Source of the DNA: a virus
Lineage: Duplodnaviria > Caudoviricetes
Reading direction: 5' to 3' (one strand)
Virus record (IMG/VR): IMGVR_UViG_3300047554_000382
Span: 1 to 63,211 of that record
DNA length: 63,211 nucleotides
A program made the position numbers and the translations under genes. Positions 50,171 to 58,857 of this stretch are shown here, piece by piece. The notes beneath the pieces are model-generated. The model was given only the letters and a program-made list of their open reading frames with translations. It had not been told where the DNA came from and did not search any database. The first letter of the stretch is position 1; each line of letters starts with the position of its first letter.

Positions 50171-52576
50171 TTATATGTCCGACCAATATGTATCGCCGGT
50201 TTCGTCATTGATCTTCCAACCTGGCATTAGATTACCTTCATCGTCGTAGGCTACACCGAATCCTGCTGGTGCTTCAACCGGCGCGGCAAATGTTGGCTGT
50301 GCTTCGGCGTCTGGATTATCCTGTCCCGGTATTCTAACTAGACTTAGCGTCTGTTTGAATGTTCCCTTATTGAAAATGCTTTCGATTTGAAGGACTCTAA
50401 ATAGACCGCTGAATTGCTGTACAGGTCGTGTGTCTCCAAAATTATAAAATCCAGTTTGTTGATTAATATCTATTGGTGTTCTAAAATTAACCGTGATATA
50501 AACTTCCCCGCTTTGATAATCAACTTCTCCGTCTGAAGTCATATTTTGAAAGTTAGTTGCAGTTGCAGAATAATTGCCCATACCGCTTGTAGCAATATAA
50601 TACGGGTCGCCAAGGATCGTTAAATTTAAATTAATCATGTCAACGCCGTTGGTTGCAAGATCGTGGAACTGTCTGGCTGCAATAGAGGCTGCATCGTCAT
50701 AGCCGCCGCCACCAAGACTATAGTTGCTAGATTCTATTTTATCTTTTCTAACCACTGACGGTGTTTGTTGAGTGTCTGGAGATTGTCCTTCAGGAGGTTC
50801 TTGATTAGCAGTTTCTCCTGAGGTTGCGGCAGCGCCAGTTTTTTTCTCAAGCTCTTTACCTTCGTTATTATCTCCGCTGTCAGCATGTAACGCTCTATAG
50901 AAACCCGCTTTAAATTCAATAGAAAAGTCAAGAATGTCTAAATTTTTTCCTGTATAGATATAATTGTATTCTTTTAAACTTTGTTTTTTAGCATTTTCTA
51001 AACCGGGTTTTGGTGCGTTAGGAGGTAAAAATATTGATGCATCAACTAGATAAGGTACTACCCTATACACAACAATTTTAGGTTTAAGACCGGTCTTTTT
51101 AAGATTTTCTTCAGTTGGAGTGTTGAACACCTGTGTTTCTACTCTCCACCAAACTACTTGTCCTTCTGGCGTTAACTGTGCTTCTTTAAGTGCATTTCTT
51201 CCATAGTCACTCATTAGAATGACCTGATTAATAACGTTAACTACGCTGACGCCTTGGTTAAATTTAAAATCGCTCTTGCTAGGATCGATAGTGATATTTC
51301 CACGTTTGTATGTTCCAGTTTTTTCATCGTAAGAAACATTATCCTTAGCGAACGGAGTGTCGCCTTTCCTGTACAAGTTGAAGCCCATGCTAGCAAGACC
51401 AATCGGGTTAACCTGAGATGCATCTGTTCCTTGTACTAATGTCGAATTTTTTCCGCGGCCTACTCCTAATTTTTGGTATACAGATGATGATTCTGCATCC
51501 CCTGGATTTACCGTAGCAGATTTGTCGTCTGATTCGCTTTCTGTATTTGTAGCAGGAGATGCACTGGACGCTAGATCAGTTGGAAATAGGATAATAATTT
51601 GATCAGCTACGTTAACATCTTTGCGTTTTACTTCTTGTTGTAATTTGTCGTTTAAAACTTTCTGAAGGCTCTTTTCTCCAGTTTGTAGCATATCTTGTAC
51701 ACTTGAGCCTGAAATGTTTACATCTGTTTTAAGCTGGGAGTATGATGTTGAAAATCCTTGCTCATTCCATGGATATGCTTCAACATCGTATTCACATCCT
51801 TTGCCAGTAACACGCATTCCGATCTCTCTTAATTTCAAAGGAATGTGCTTTGTAGTTTTATCTATCTGTACATTTTGCAATGCGGCGTCAACATGACCTT
51901 TAAATTCTATGGTTAGTAAAAGTGGTATGTCTAGATAATTTTGATGTCCTGCTACCAAGGCAGCGGTCTGCACTGATTGGAAGAACAATCCCATACTATA
52001 AGGTTCGGTTATTTTAAAAGATACACCTGTTGCGTTAGTGTTACCTGTAGATTTTTCTAATCCAACGCTTGAACTAATCTTAACGTTATCTAAGAAAAAG
52101 TCATACTTGCCATAGGCAGTAGGAACAAGGTCGCTAGTTGGTGCGCCGCCGGCCGATCTTAAAATTAACGGACCGTATTGACCTTGTTTATATGTTTCAT
52201 CTGGAAAATTTAAACTAACATCATCTAATACACTCAGGGTAAAGACATAGTTGTATGTAGAATAATTGTGTAAAATATTTGGAAATGGAGGTTCACCAGG
52301 AACGCTTACCTTGTTTTTAAAAGCATCTAAGGCTTTTAATAAATCTAAATCTTTTAATGCACTCAGAGCTTGTTGTGCCCCTGACAACACACCGGCTGGT
52401 GCGCCGGGAACTAGAGATCCAACGTTAGTCAATCCGCTGGCCGCGCTTTTTAAAACCGAATCTGCGCTACTGGCTAATGAGCTGATTCCTGACGCCGCTC
52501 CGATATCGGAAACAACTTTCCTAACCTGCGTAGTGGCGGTTGTGGCAGCAGAACTTATCTCGTCAAAAAACCCCAT
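50171..52576 (-). CDS. baseplate hub protein, gp27-like
   Basis: Located between gp53-like and gp5-like genes; LTILGDPYY and FSGLFRVLQIESIF..G.FKQTL. Confidence 0.6.
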   Translation of the reverse strand: MGFFDEISSAATTATTQVRKVVSDIGAASGISSLASSADSVLKSAASGLTNVGSLVPGAPAGVLSGAQQALSALKDLDLLKALDAFKNKVSVPGEPPFPNILHNYSTYNYVFTLSVLDDVSLNFPDETYKQGQYGPLILRSAGGAPTSDLVPTAYGKYDFFLDNVKISSSVGLEKSTGNTNATGVSFKITEPYSMGLFFQSVQTAALVAGHQNYLDIPLLLTIEFKGHVDAALQNVQIDKTTKHIPLKLREIGMRVTGKGCEYDVEAYPWNEQGFSTSYSQLKTDVNISGSSVQDMLQTGEKSLQKVLNDKLQQEVKRKDVNVADQIIILFPTDLASSASPATNTESESDDKSATVNPGDAESSSVYQKLGVGRGKNSTLVQGTDASQVNPIGLASMGFNLYRKGDTPFAKDNVSYDEKTGTYKRGNITIDPSKSDFKFNQGVSVVNVINQVILMSDYGRNALKEAQLTPEGQVVWWRVETQVFNTPTEENLKKTGLKPKIVVYRVVPYLVDASIFLPPNAPKPGLENAKKQSLKEYNYIYTGKNLDILDFSIEFKAGFYRALHADSGDNNEGKELEKKTGAAATSGETANQEPPEGQSPDTQQTPSVVRKDKIESSNYSLGGGGYDDAASIAARQFHDLATNGVDMINLNLTILGDPYYIATSGMGNYSATATNFQNMTSDGEVDYQSGEVYITVNFRTPIDINQQTGFYNFGDTRPVQQFSGLFRVLQIESIFNKGTFKQTLSLVRIPGQDNPDAEAQPTFAAPVEAPAGFGVAYDDEGNLMPGWKINDETGDTYWSDI

Positions 52577-52577
52577 T

Positions 52578-52877
52578 TTACAATCCTAACACTTTTTTAA
52601 GGCTATCGCCTTTAGGTATGTATATTTGCACACCTGGAACAAAATCATAAATTGGATCTTGTATAACATCTAGATTTCGCTGAGTGAATACCCACCAAAG
52701 TTTTGAATCTCCGTAAAGGTCAAATGCTAGCAGATCTGGTCTATAGGTATACTGCGATTCGATTGTATAAAGATAATCATCAGATTCGGCGCTGACAGGA
52801 CGGATCTTTAAAAACGATAGATAATCTTTTACTGTTTGTGTATTGGCCCAAGGACTAGAATTTTTATAGACTGCCAT
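52578..52877 (-). CDS. gp53: baseplate wedge protein, gp53/LysM-like
   Basis: YRPDLLAFDLYGDSKLWWVF..N...DP. Confidence 0.8.
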   Translation of the reverse strand: MAVYKNSSPWANTQTVKDYLSFLKIRPVSAESDDYLYTIESQYTYRPDLLAFDLYGDSKLWWVFTQRNLDVIQDPIYDFVPGVQIYIPKGDSLKKVLGL

Positions 52878-53941
52878 TATAGATATCCTACATTGTTGTT
52901 AAGATAACCGCCTTGAACGAATGTCTGTAGATTAAAATTACGCACACTTTCTCTACTGTAGACAGGCTGTACTGTTACTGATATCGTGCTCTTAGTTGGT
53001 ACATGGCTTGGTCCAGAAGTTACTGAACCAAAAATTCCTGATGTTCCTCCACCTAATAATGATGACACACCATTAATAACGCCCGATGCCGCAGAGATAG
53101 CCCCAAGTGTTTGTGCGGCTTTAGCTGATCCGATCGCTCCAGCGATTCCGGCCAATTGTCCAGCAGTAGAAGAAATCCCCGCCAGTGATATGCCGCCGCC
53201 AGTTCCGCCACCATATCCAGATAATGCTCCAGAACCTGCTGTGGTTGAAATATAATTTGCATCCTGGGGTAATTCAAGATCAAAGCTCTTTACTACTACA
53301 GGAATATTTTTAAACACATAATCACCGTAACCGTTCAATAAAACAATAGGAGGCGGGTTACCAGAAACTGCGTCGTCGCCAGTAAACATTTTAGTTATAG
53401 ATCTAAGATAATGAACTACACCTAACCAGTATTGTGCTTGAACTGCATCCTCTACGTGAAACGGACCGCTAATGGTTATCGAATCTACACGACTGTTCTG
53501 ATAGGCTAAAAATTGATAGTTTTGATGTGTAATTGGAATATCTTCATAACTAGCAGTACTGGCAATTCTCATCGAAGGAGTATAAGGGAAAACTAGTCCG
53601 CCAGCTTGTACCAATGGCTGAAGTACCGGGCTTGCTGAAAACGAAGAAATAGTAGGAATACTTAATCTAACTCTCCAATCATTGTTAGCATCAGCACCAA
53701 CAAACTGTGCTCCTGCACTGGCTATCTGGCTGGCTATGTTTCCGCCAGTGGGAAGGCTTGCGCTTCGTAATGCACTGATCAGTGCTCCAGGATTGGATAA
53801 ATTATTAAGTGCTCCAGCAACCCTACTTACTGTGCCGGCAACAGATCCAAAGGCACCTAAGGCCTGCCCGGCTGCAGAACCAACAGTTTTTGCGGCTGAA
53901 GCGATTGAACTTAATCCTGTACCAGCGTCAAATAATGCCAT
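52877..53941 (-). CDS. baseplate tail-tube cap/initiator, gp48/gp54-like
   Basis: LVFPYTP, NPPPIVLLNGYG..FKNIPVVV (tube-fold protein); Gly/Ala-rich insertions. Confidence 0.6.
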   Translation of the reverse strand: MALFDAGTGLSSIASAAKTVGSAAGQALGAFGSVAGTVSRVAGALNNLSNPGALISALRSASLPTGGNIASQIASAGAQFVGADANNDWRVRLSIPTISSFSASPVLQPLVQAGGLVFPYTPSMRIASTASYEDIPITHQNYQFLAYQNSRVDSITISGPFHVEDAVQAQYWLGVVHYLRSITKMFTGDDAVSGNPPPIVLLNGYGDYVFKNIPVVVKSFDLELPQDANYISTTAGSGALSGYGGGTGGGISLAGISSTAGQLAGIAGAIGSAKAAQTLGAISAASGVINGVSSLLGGGTSGIFGSVTSGPSHVPTKSTISVTVQPVYSRESVRNFNLQTFVQGGYLNNNVGYL

Positions 53942-53960
53942 ATGGACTCCTTAATATGTT

Positions 53961-53966
53961 TATTTA
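53961..53966 (-). promoter_or_regulatory. late-promoter box TAAATA for the baseplate operon
   Basis: TAAATA 19 nt upstream of the ATG at 53941; the ~18-bp motif has its GCA 15 nt further upstream. Confidence 0.65.
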
Positions 53967-53967
53967 G

Positions 53968-53996
53968 TTGACAAAATTAAGTGCATAGTTTATAAT
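53968..53996 (+). promoter_or_regulatory. perfect sigma70 consensus promoter of gp55
   Basis: TTGACA (53968-53973), 17 nt, TATAAT (53991-53996). Confidence 0.85.
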
Positions 53997-54016
53997 TCTG
54001 AAAAGAGGTTTGACTA

Positions 54017-54841
54017 ATGACAAAAACAAATTACCTAAACAACAAAGACTTACTAGACGAAATACACAAATCAAAGAACACTTACTGTTCATTTACTAAG
54101 CCCGAATATCATCAATACGATATTATCCTGCCAAACGTAGATAAAATCAATATTCGAACTATTGCAGAAGCCAAGAGAAATCAAGCAAAACGGCTTAGCC
54201 AAGCGGCCTACGAAGCAAGAAAAGCCGCAGGCGAAAAGGTAAAACAAGCCGATTGTGAAATCGATTACAAAAAAATTAATAAACAGGATCTAGTTTTTAG
54301 AATTATGACCTTTGATCATATTCCTCTAAATTCAACTAGAAAGAAAAATCCAAAGACCATAGCAGATGGTAGGGATAAAGTAAATTTCCCTCCTTTCCAA
54401 CATTGGAAATTTAACGACAACGACATCCTAGAGTGTGTAGGCAAGAGTCATTGGAAGGGTTCTATAGAAAAGGGAAAATTTTCCAAAGATCACGGGCAAA
54501 TTACAAATACCCTAGCTCGCATGTATATCAAATTATGTGAACGCTATGCTACCCGTGGTAACGTTCGTGGGTACACTTATAATGACGAAATGCGTGGACA
54601 AGCAATCTTACAGTTAACGCAGATTGGTCTTCAGTTCGACGAATCGAAATCTAATAATCCGTTTGCGTATTTTACTGCGGCCGTGACTAACAGCTTTGTT
54701 CGAATCATCAATCTAGAAAAGCGCAATCAGATCATTAGAGACGATCTACTAGAAATGAACGGAATGAATCCAAGTTACACTAGAACCAGCCAAGGCGAAT
54801 ACGAAGCGGCAGTCAAGAGATTTGAAAGCCAAGATGATTGA
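54017..54841 (+). CDS. gp55: late-transcription sigma factor, T4 gp55-like
   Basis: NYLNNKDLL, RGYTYNDEM, FDESKSNNPFAYFT..NSFVRII..EK; synteny with gp47-gp46. Confidence 0.88.
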   Translation: MTKTNYLNNKDLLDEIHKSKNTYCSFTKPEYHQYDIILPNVDKINIRTIAEAKRNQAKRLSQAAYEARKAAGEKVKQADCEIDYKKINKQDLVFRIMTFDHIPLNSTRKKNPKTIADGRDKVNFPPFQHWKFNDNDILECVGKSHWKGSIEKGKFSKDHGQITNTLARMYIKLCERYATRGNVRGYTYNDEMRGQAILQLTQIGLQFDESKSNNPFAYFTAAVTNSFVRIINLEKRNQIIRDDLLEMNGMNPSYTRTSQGEYEAAVKRFESQDD

Positions 54842-54866
54842 CCATTTTTGGTTTAATATCTATACT
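54838..54866 (+). promoter_or_regulatory. sigma70-type promoter of gp47-gp46
   Basis: TTGACC (54838-54843), 17 nt, TATACT (54861-54866). Confidence 0.7.
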
Positions 54867-54886
54867 GTAGAGATGGAGATTTATCA

Positions 54887-55900
54887 GTGAGTAATCTATT
54901 TAAAAAAGCCGCATGCTTCACGGACATACACTTTGGATTAAAATCCAACAGTTCTGTACACAACCAAGACTGCGAAGACTTTGTAGATTGGTATATTGCA
55001 AAAGCTAAGGAGGAAGGTTGTGACACAGGAATTTTTCTTGGGGATTGGCACCACAATCGTAATAGTCTTAACATCACTACTATGGACTATAGCCTTAGGG
55101 CCTTGGAAAAGCTCGGTAAGGCGTTTGATCAATTTTTCTTTTTCCCTGGCAATCATGATTTATATTACAAAGACAAACGAGACATTCACAGTGTTGAGTT
55201 TGGGAAGTATATTCCTGGTATTACTGTTGTACATCATCCGATTACAGAAGGAGATGTTACACTTTGCCCGTGGCTTGTCGGAGATGAATGGAAGCAAATA
55301 GGTAAGAAAAAGGCCAGATATATATTTGGCCACTTTGAACTTCCGCACTTCTATATGAACGCTATGGTACAAATGCCAGACCACGGCGAAATACAATTAG
55401 ATACATTCGATGGGTACGAGCTAGGATTTAGTGGGCATTTCCATAAACGCCAGCAAAAGAAAAACATGGTGTATATCGGCAATGCCTTTCCGCATAATTA
55501 CGCTGATGCATGGGACGACGACCGTGGCATGATGATTTTAGATTGGGGAGGAACTCCTCAATATCATGCATGGCCAAGTCAACCTACTTTTAGAACTGTT
55601 AAGCTGAGTCAACTAATTGATGAAGCTGACAAAATTATCAAACCTAAACAACATCTAAGAGTTACCTTAGATATCGATATTAGTTTTGAAGAAGCTAGTT
55701 TTATCAAAGAAAAATTTGTAGAAGACTACGACATTAGAGAACTAACTCTAATACCGCAACAAAAAGAAATAGAAATTAACACTGACATTGATGTCAAAGC
55801 ATTTGAGAGTGTTGATCAAATTGTATCTAATCAAATTGTCAACATACAAAGTGATACATTTGATCCAAAGGTGCTACTTTCAATTTATAATAACCTATGA
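54887..55900 (+). CDS. gp47: recombination endonuclease, Mre11/SbcD-like
   Basis: Metallophosphoesterase motifs DIHFG, LGDWH, GNHD, GHFE, SGHFH. Confidence 0.93.
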   Translation: MSNLFKKAACFTDIHFGLKSNSSVHNQDCEDFVDWYIAKAKEEGCDTGIFLGDWHHNRNSLNITTMDYSLRALEKLGKAFDQFFFFPGNHDLYYKDKRDIHSVEFGKYIPGITVVHHPITEGDVTLCPWLVGDEWKQIGKKKARYIFGHFELPHFYMNAMVQMPDHGEIQLDTFDGYELGFSGHFHKRQQKKNMVYIGNAFPHNYADAWDDDRGMMILDWGGTPQYHAWPSQPTFRTVKLSQLIDEADKIIKPKQHLRVTLDIDISFEEASFIKEKFVEDYDIRELTLIPQQKEIEINTDIDVKAFESVDQIVSNQIVNIQSDTFDPKVLLSIYNNL

Positions 55901-57675
55901 TAAAAATTAAGGATTTAACTGTAAAAAACTTTATGAGCGTGGGAAACCAAACTCAAGCTGTTGATTTTGAAAAAGAACAACTTACCCTTGTCTTAGGTGA
56001 AAACTTAGATCAAGGAGGTGATGATTCTGGTTCTCGCAACGGTACAGGTAAAACAACCATAGTAAATGCTCTTAGCTATGCCTTATACGGACAGGCATTA
56101 ACTAATATTAAGAAAGACAATCTTATCAACAAAATTAATGGTAAGAATATGTTAGTGACTCTTAGTTTTGAAAAAGACGGACAAGAGTATCGCATTGAGC
56201 GAGGCAGAAAACCCACTGTGATGAAGTTCTATATCAATGATGAAGAACAAGCATCGGGAGAATCTGATGATAGTCAAGGCGACATGCGTGAGACGCAGAA
56301 GGATCTAGACGACTTGCTGGGCATGAGTCATGAAATGTTTAAAAACATTGTAGCATTGAATACCTACACTGAACCGTTTCTAAGCATGAGGTCAAACGAA
56401 CAGAGAGAAATTATTGAGCAGTTGCTGGGTATTACTCTGTTAAGCGAAAAAGCAGAACTGCTTAAAGAACAGATCAGAGTTACTAAAGAACAAATTCAGC
56501 AGGAAAACGCTGATATTGAAGCGGCTAAAAAATCTAATGACAAAATTCAACAGAGTATCAACGGCTTGATTACAAGGCAAAAGGCATGGTCTAAGCAACA
56601 AGAAGAAGACTGTGAAAAACTTGCAAAAAGCATTATTGAACTCCAGGCTGTTGATATTGAAAAAGAACTAGAACAACACGCTAGGTTAAAAACTTATAAC
56701 GAGTTGTCTGCAAAGATTAAAAGCCTAAACAAAGAAAAGGCTACTTTAGAAACTGCTGTAACACAAGCCGACAAACAGGTTGCAAAATATACTAAAGAAG
56801 TTGAAGAACTTAAAAACAATACGTGTCCATCGTGTAAACAAGGATTACACACCCATACTCACGAAGAAATGACTACGATTGCAGAAAAGAATCTAGCTGA
56901 TGCTAACACATATCTTCAAAGCATCAGTGACAGTTATATCACAGTTATTACTGAATTAGAGTCAATCGGTGACATTAATGGCAGACCTAACACGTATTAC
57001 GAAACACTAGAAGAAGCTCTTAAACATCAAAACAATCTTACAGGCTTAGAGAATGCTCTAGCAGTTCGACAACAAGAAGTTGATCCGTATCAAGAGCAAA
57101 TTGATGAGCTACAACACACTGCTATTCAAGAAATATCCTGGGATAACGTTAACACACTTACCAGTCTAAAAGATCATCAAGAATTCTTACTCAAGTTGTT
57201 GACTAACAAAGATAGCTTTATTCGTAAAAAGATTATTGATCAGAATCTCGCATATCTCAATAACAGACTAACCTATTATTTAGATAAGATGGGCTTACCT
57301 CATCAGGTTGTATTCCAAAACGATCTAACTGTTGAAATTACACAGCTAGGTCAAGATCTCGATTTTGATAACTTATCTCGAGGAGAACGTAACAGATTGA
57401 TCCTAGGATTAAGTTGGGCATTCCGTGATGTGTGGGAAAGCCTATATCAGAACATTAATCTGTTGTTTATCGATGAGTTGATTGATAACGGTTTAGATTC
57501 TAACGGTGTCGAGAACGCACTGAGCGTTCTTAAAAAGATGAGCAGAGAAAGAAACAAAAATGTTTATCTGATCAGCCACAAAGACGAATTGATCGGTAGA
57601 GTTAATAACGTCCTTAAAGTTATTAAAGAAAACGGATTTACCAGTTACTCGACAGATTTAGAATTTATAGAATAA
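55897..57675 (+). CDS. gp46: recombination ATPase, Rad50/SbcC-like
   Basis: KNFMS, NGTGKTT, coiled coil with CPSC zinc hook, LSRGE, FIDE, ISH. Confidence 0.93.
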   Translation: MIKIKDLTVKNFMSVGNQTQAVDFEKEQLTLVLGENLDQGGDDSGSRNGTGKTTIVNALSYALYGQALTNIKKDNLINKINGKNMLVTLSFEKDGQEYRIERGRKPTVMKFYINDEEQASGESDDSQGDMRETQKDLDDLLGMSHEMFKNIVALNTYTEPFLSMRSNEQREIIEQLLGITLLSEKAELLKEQIRVTKEQIQQENADIEAAKKSNDKIQQSINGLITRQKAWSKQQEEDCEKLAKSIIELQAVDIEKELEQHARLKTYNELSAKIKSLNKEKATLETAVTQADKQVAKYTKEVEELKNNTCPSCKQGLHTHTHEEMTTIAEKNLADANTYLQSISDSYITVITELESIGDINGRPNTYYETLEEALKHQNNLTGLENALAVRQQEVDPYQEQIDELQHTAIQEISWDNVNTLTSLKDHQEFLLKLLTNKDSFIRKKIIDQNLAYLNNRLTYYLDKMGLPHQVVFQNDLTVEITQLGQDLDFDNLSRGERNRLILGLSWAFRDVWESLYQNINLLFIDELIDNGLDSNGVENALSVLKKMSRERNKNVYLISHKDELIGRVNNVLKVIKENGFTSYSTDLEFIE

Positions 57676-57941
57676 TGAGCGACATACATGAACAGCTGAT
57701 GACATTGTTTCGAAAATACTTCGAAGCTAATCAAGATTGGGAAATGCACAGGACCCATGCGGCTGGAAAAAGATGTCGTTCATATCTATTAGAAATTAGA
57801 AAAATAGCACATGATAGGCGAATTGAAATACAGGCAATTAGAGAAGAAAAACCAAAATTAAAATCACCAGCTTATAAACAGAAAAAATTACAAGAACTAG
57901 CTCAAAAGAAGAAGGCACAAGACGACCCCGACACTAATTAA
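57675..57941 (+). CDS. small basic protein, Hc1 (histone H1-like) family
   Basis: AAGKRCRSYLLEIRKIAHDRRIEIQ resembles the Hc1 helical hairpin; Lys-rich tail. Confidence 0.5.
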   Translation: MSDIHEQLMTLFRKYFEANQDWEMHRTHAAGKRCRSYLLEIRKIAHDRRIEIQAIREEKPKLKSPAYKQKKLQELAQKKKAQDDPDTN

Positions 57942-57945
57942 ATGC

Positions 57946-58380
57946 ATGTCGTGGACGTATCAAAATAAAATTGTAGAAGAAATACCCGAAGGCTATATCG
58001 GCTTTGTGTATCTCATTACTAATCTACAAACCGGGCAAAAATACATAGGCAAAAAACTAGCACAGTTTAAGAAAACTAAACCACCACTTAAAGGCAAAAA
58101 ACTTAAAAGAAGATCAGTAGTAGAAAGCGATTGGCGCGATTATTACGGTTCATCTGATAGGTTAAACGCAGACGTCCAGACACTAGGCCCGGAAAACTTC
58201 ACAAGAGAAATACTTTATCTTTGCAAATCCAAGGCAGAAATGTCTTACTTAGAGGCAAGAGAACAGTTTGAACGCAGAGTTTTAGAAACTGACGACTATT
58301 ATAATGGTATTATAAACGTCAGAGTAGGCGGATCAAACATACTAAGGCAACGTCTTTTAGAACAAAATCAGGCAAAATAA
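57946..58380 (+). CDS. stand-alone GIY-YIG endonuclease
   Basis: GFVYLITN...KYIGKK, YYGSS, FTREIL, YLEAREQ, YYN; no appended DNA-binding domain. Confidence 0.85.
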   Translation: MSWTYQNKIVEEIPEGYIGFVYLITNLQTGQKYIGKKLAQFKKTKPPLKGKKLKRRSVVESDWRDYYGSSDRLNADVQTLGPENFTREILYLCKSKAEMSYLEAREQFERRVLETDDYYNGIINVRVGGSNILRQRLLEQNQAK

Positions 58381-58825
58381 TGCGGTTTATGGCTAGCGCA
58401 GGCCTAAGTTCGTGCGCTCTATACCTGGTCAAACATGGTCACAGGGACGAAATTCCACGCCGCAGTGGTACTCAGCAACTACCCATTTGGATGATGATCG
58501 CTATCTAAGCCCTGCGATTTTGCTGTTTGAAAAGGATTTTAAAGGCGAAATGAGCAGAGAAAATCTGCACGTTAGTATGTGTGATAGCGTACATTTACTA
58601 ACCGCCGTCGTAATAAGACGTGGCTCGAGGTACCGGACGACCGCCTCTGTAATGCCATAACGCTGTGTGACTTGCCGTACTCGGATAATGCCATCTTTGC
58701 CCGGAAACGGGCTTAGTGTGACCATTAGTATCTGGATAATCTTAAAACTGCTTCGCAGTAATAAATTAAAAAAAGAAAATAAGTTTGAGCGATAGCGAAA
58801 AACTTAGTGAGCGCAAGCTCACTAA
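58381..58825 (+). ncRNA. putative structured non-coding element (large ncRNA and/or ssDNA-structured origin); strand uncertain
   Basis: Longest intergenic gap in the window and GC-richer than its flanks. At least 8 stem-loops, including GCCCG-GAAA-CGGGC (58699-58712) and TTAGTGAGC-GCAA-GCTCACTAA (58804-58825). Confidence 0.55.
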
Positions 58826-58830
58826 CTGAA

Positions 58831-58836
58831 TAAATA
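58831..58836 (+). promoter_or_regulatory. late-promoter box TAAATA
   Basis: TAAATA 21 nt upstream of the ATG at 58858. Confidence 0.55.
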
Positions 58837-58857
58837 AAATATCGAGAGCAAATACAA

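Noticed and set aside
30834-53941. Short + strand ORFs inside the baseplate genes (e.g. 35131-35550, 49649-49936, 52266-52589)
   Set aside because: Antisense shadows of long, well-supported genes.
52877-53941. Gly/Ala/Ser-rich stretches as DNA tandem repeats
   Set aside because: Low complexity is at the protein level only; no exact nucleotide repeat unit is apparent.
58412-58725. ORFs 58412-58660 (+) and 58501-58725 (-)
   Set aside because: Non-ATG starts, no ribosome-binding site and atypical composition; the region is better explained by secondary structure.
58381-58825. Group I/II intron, tmRNA, RNase P RNA or tRNA identity for the structured element
   Set aside because: A GTGCG occurs at 58412, but I see no domain V, no group I P7 core, no tRNA-like ends and no RNase P conserved boxes. 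The flanking genes are not interrupted.
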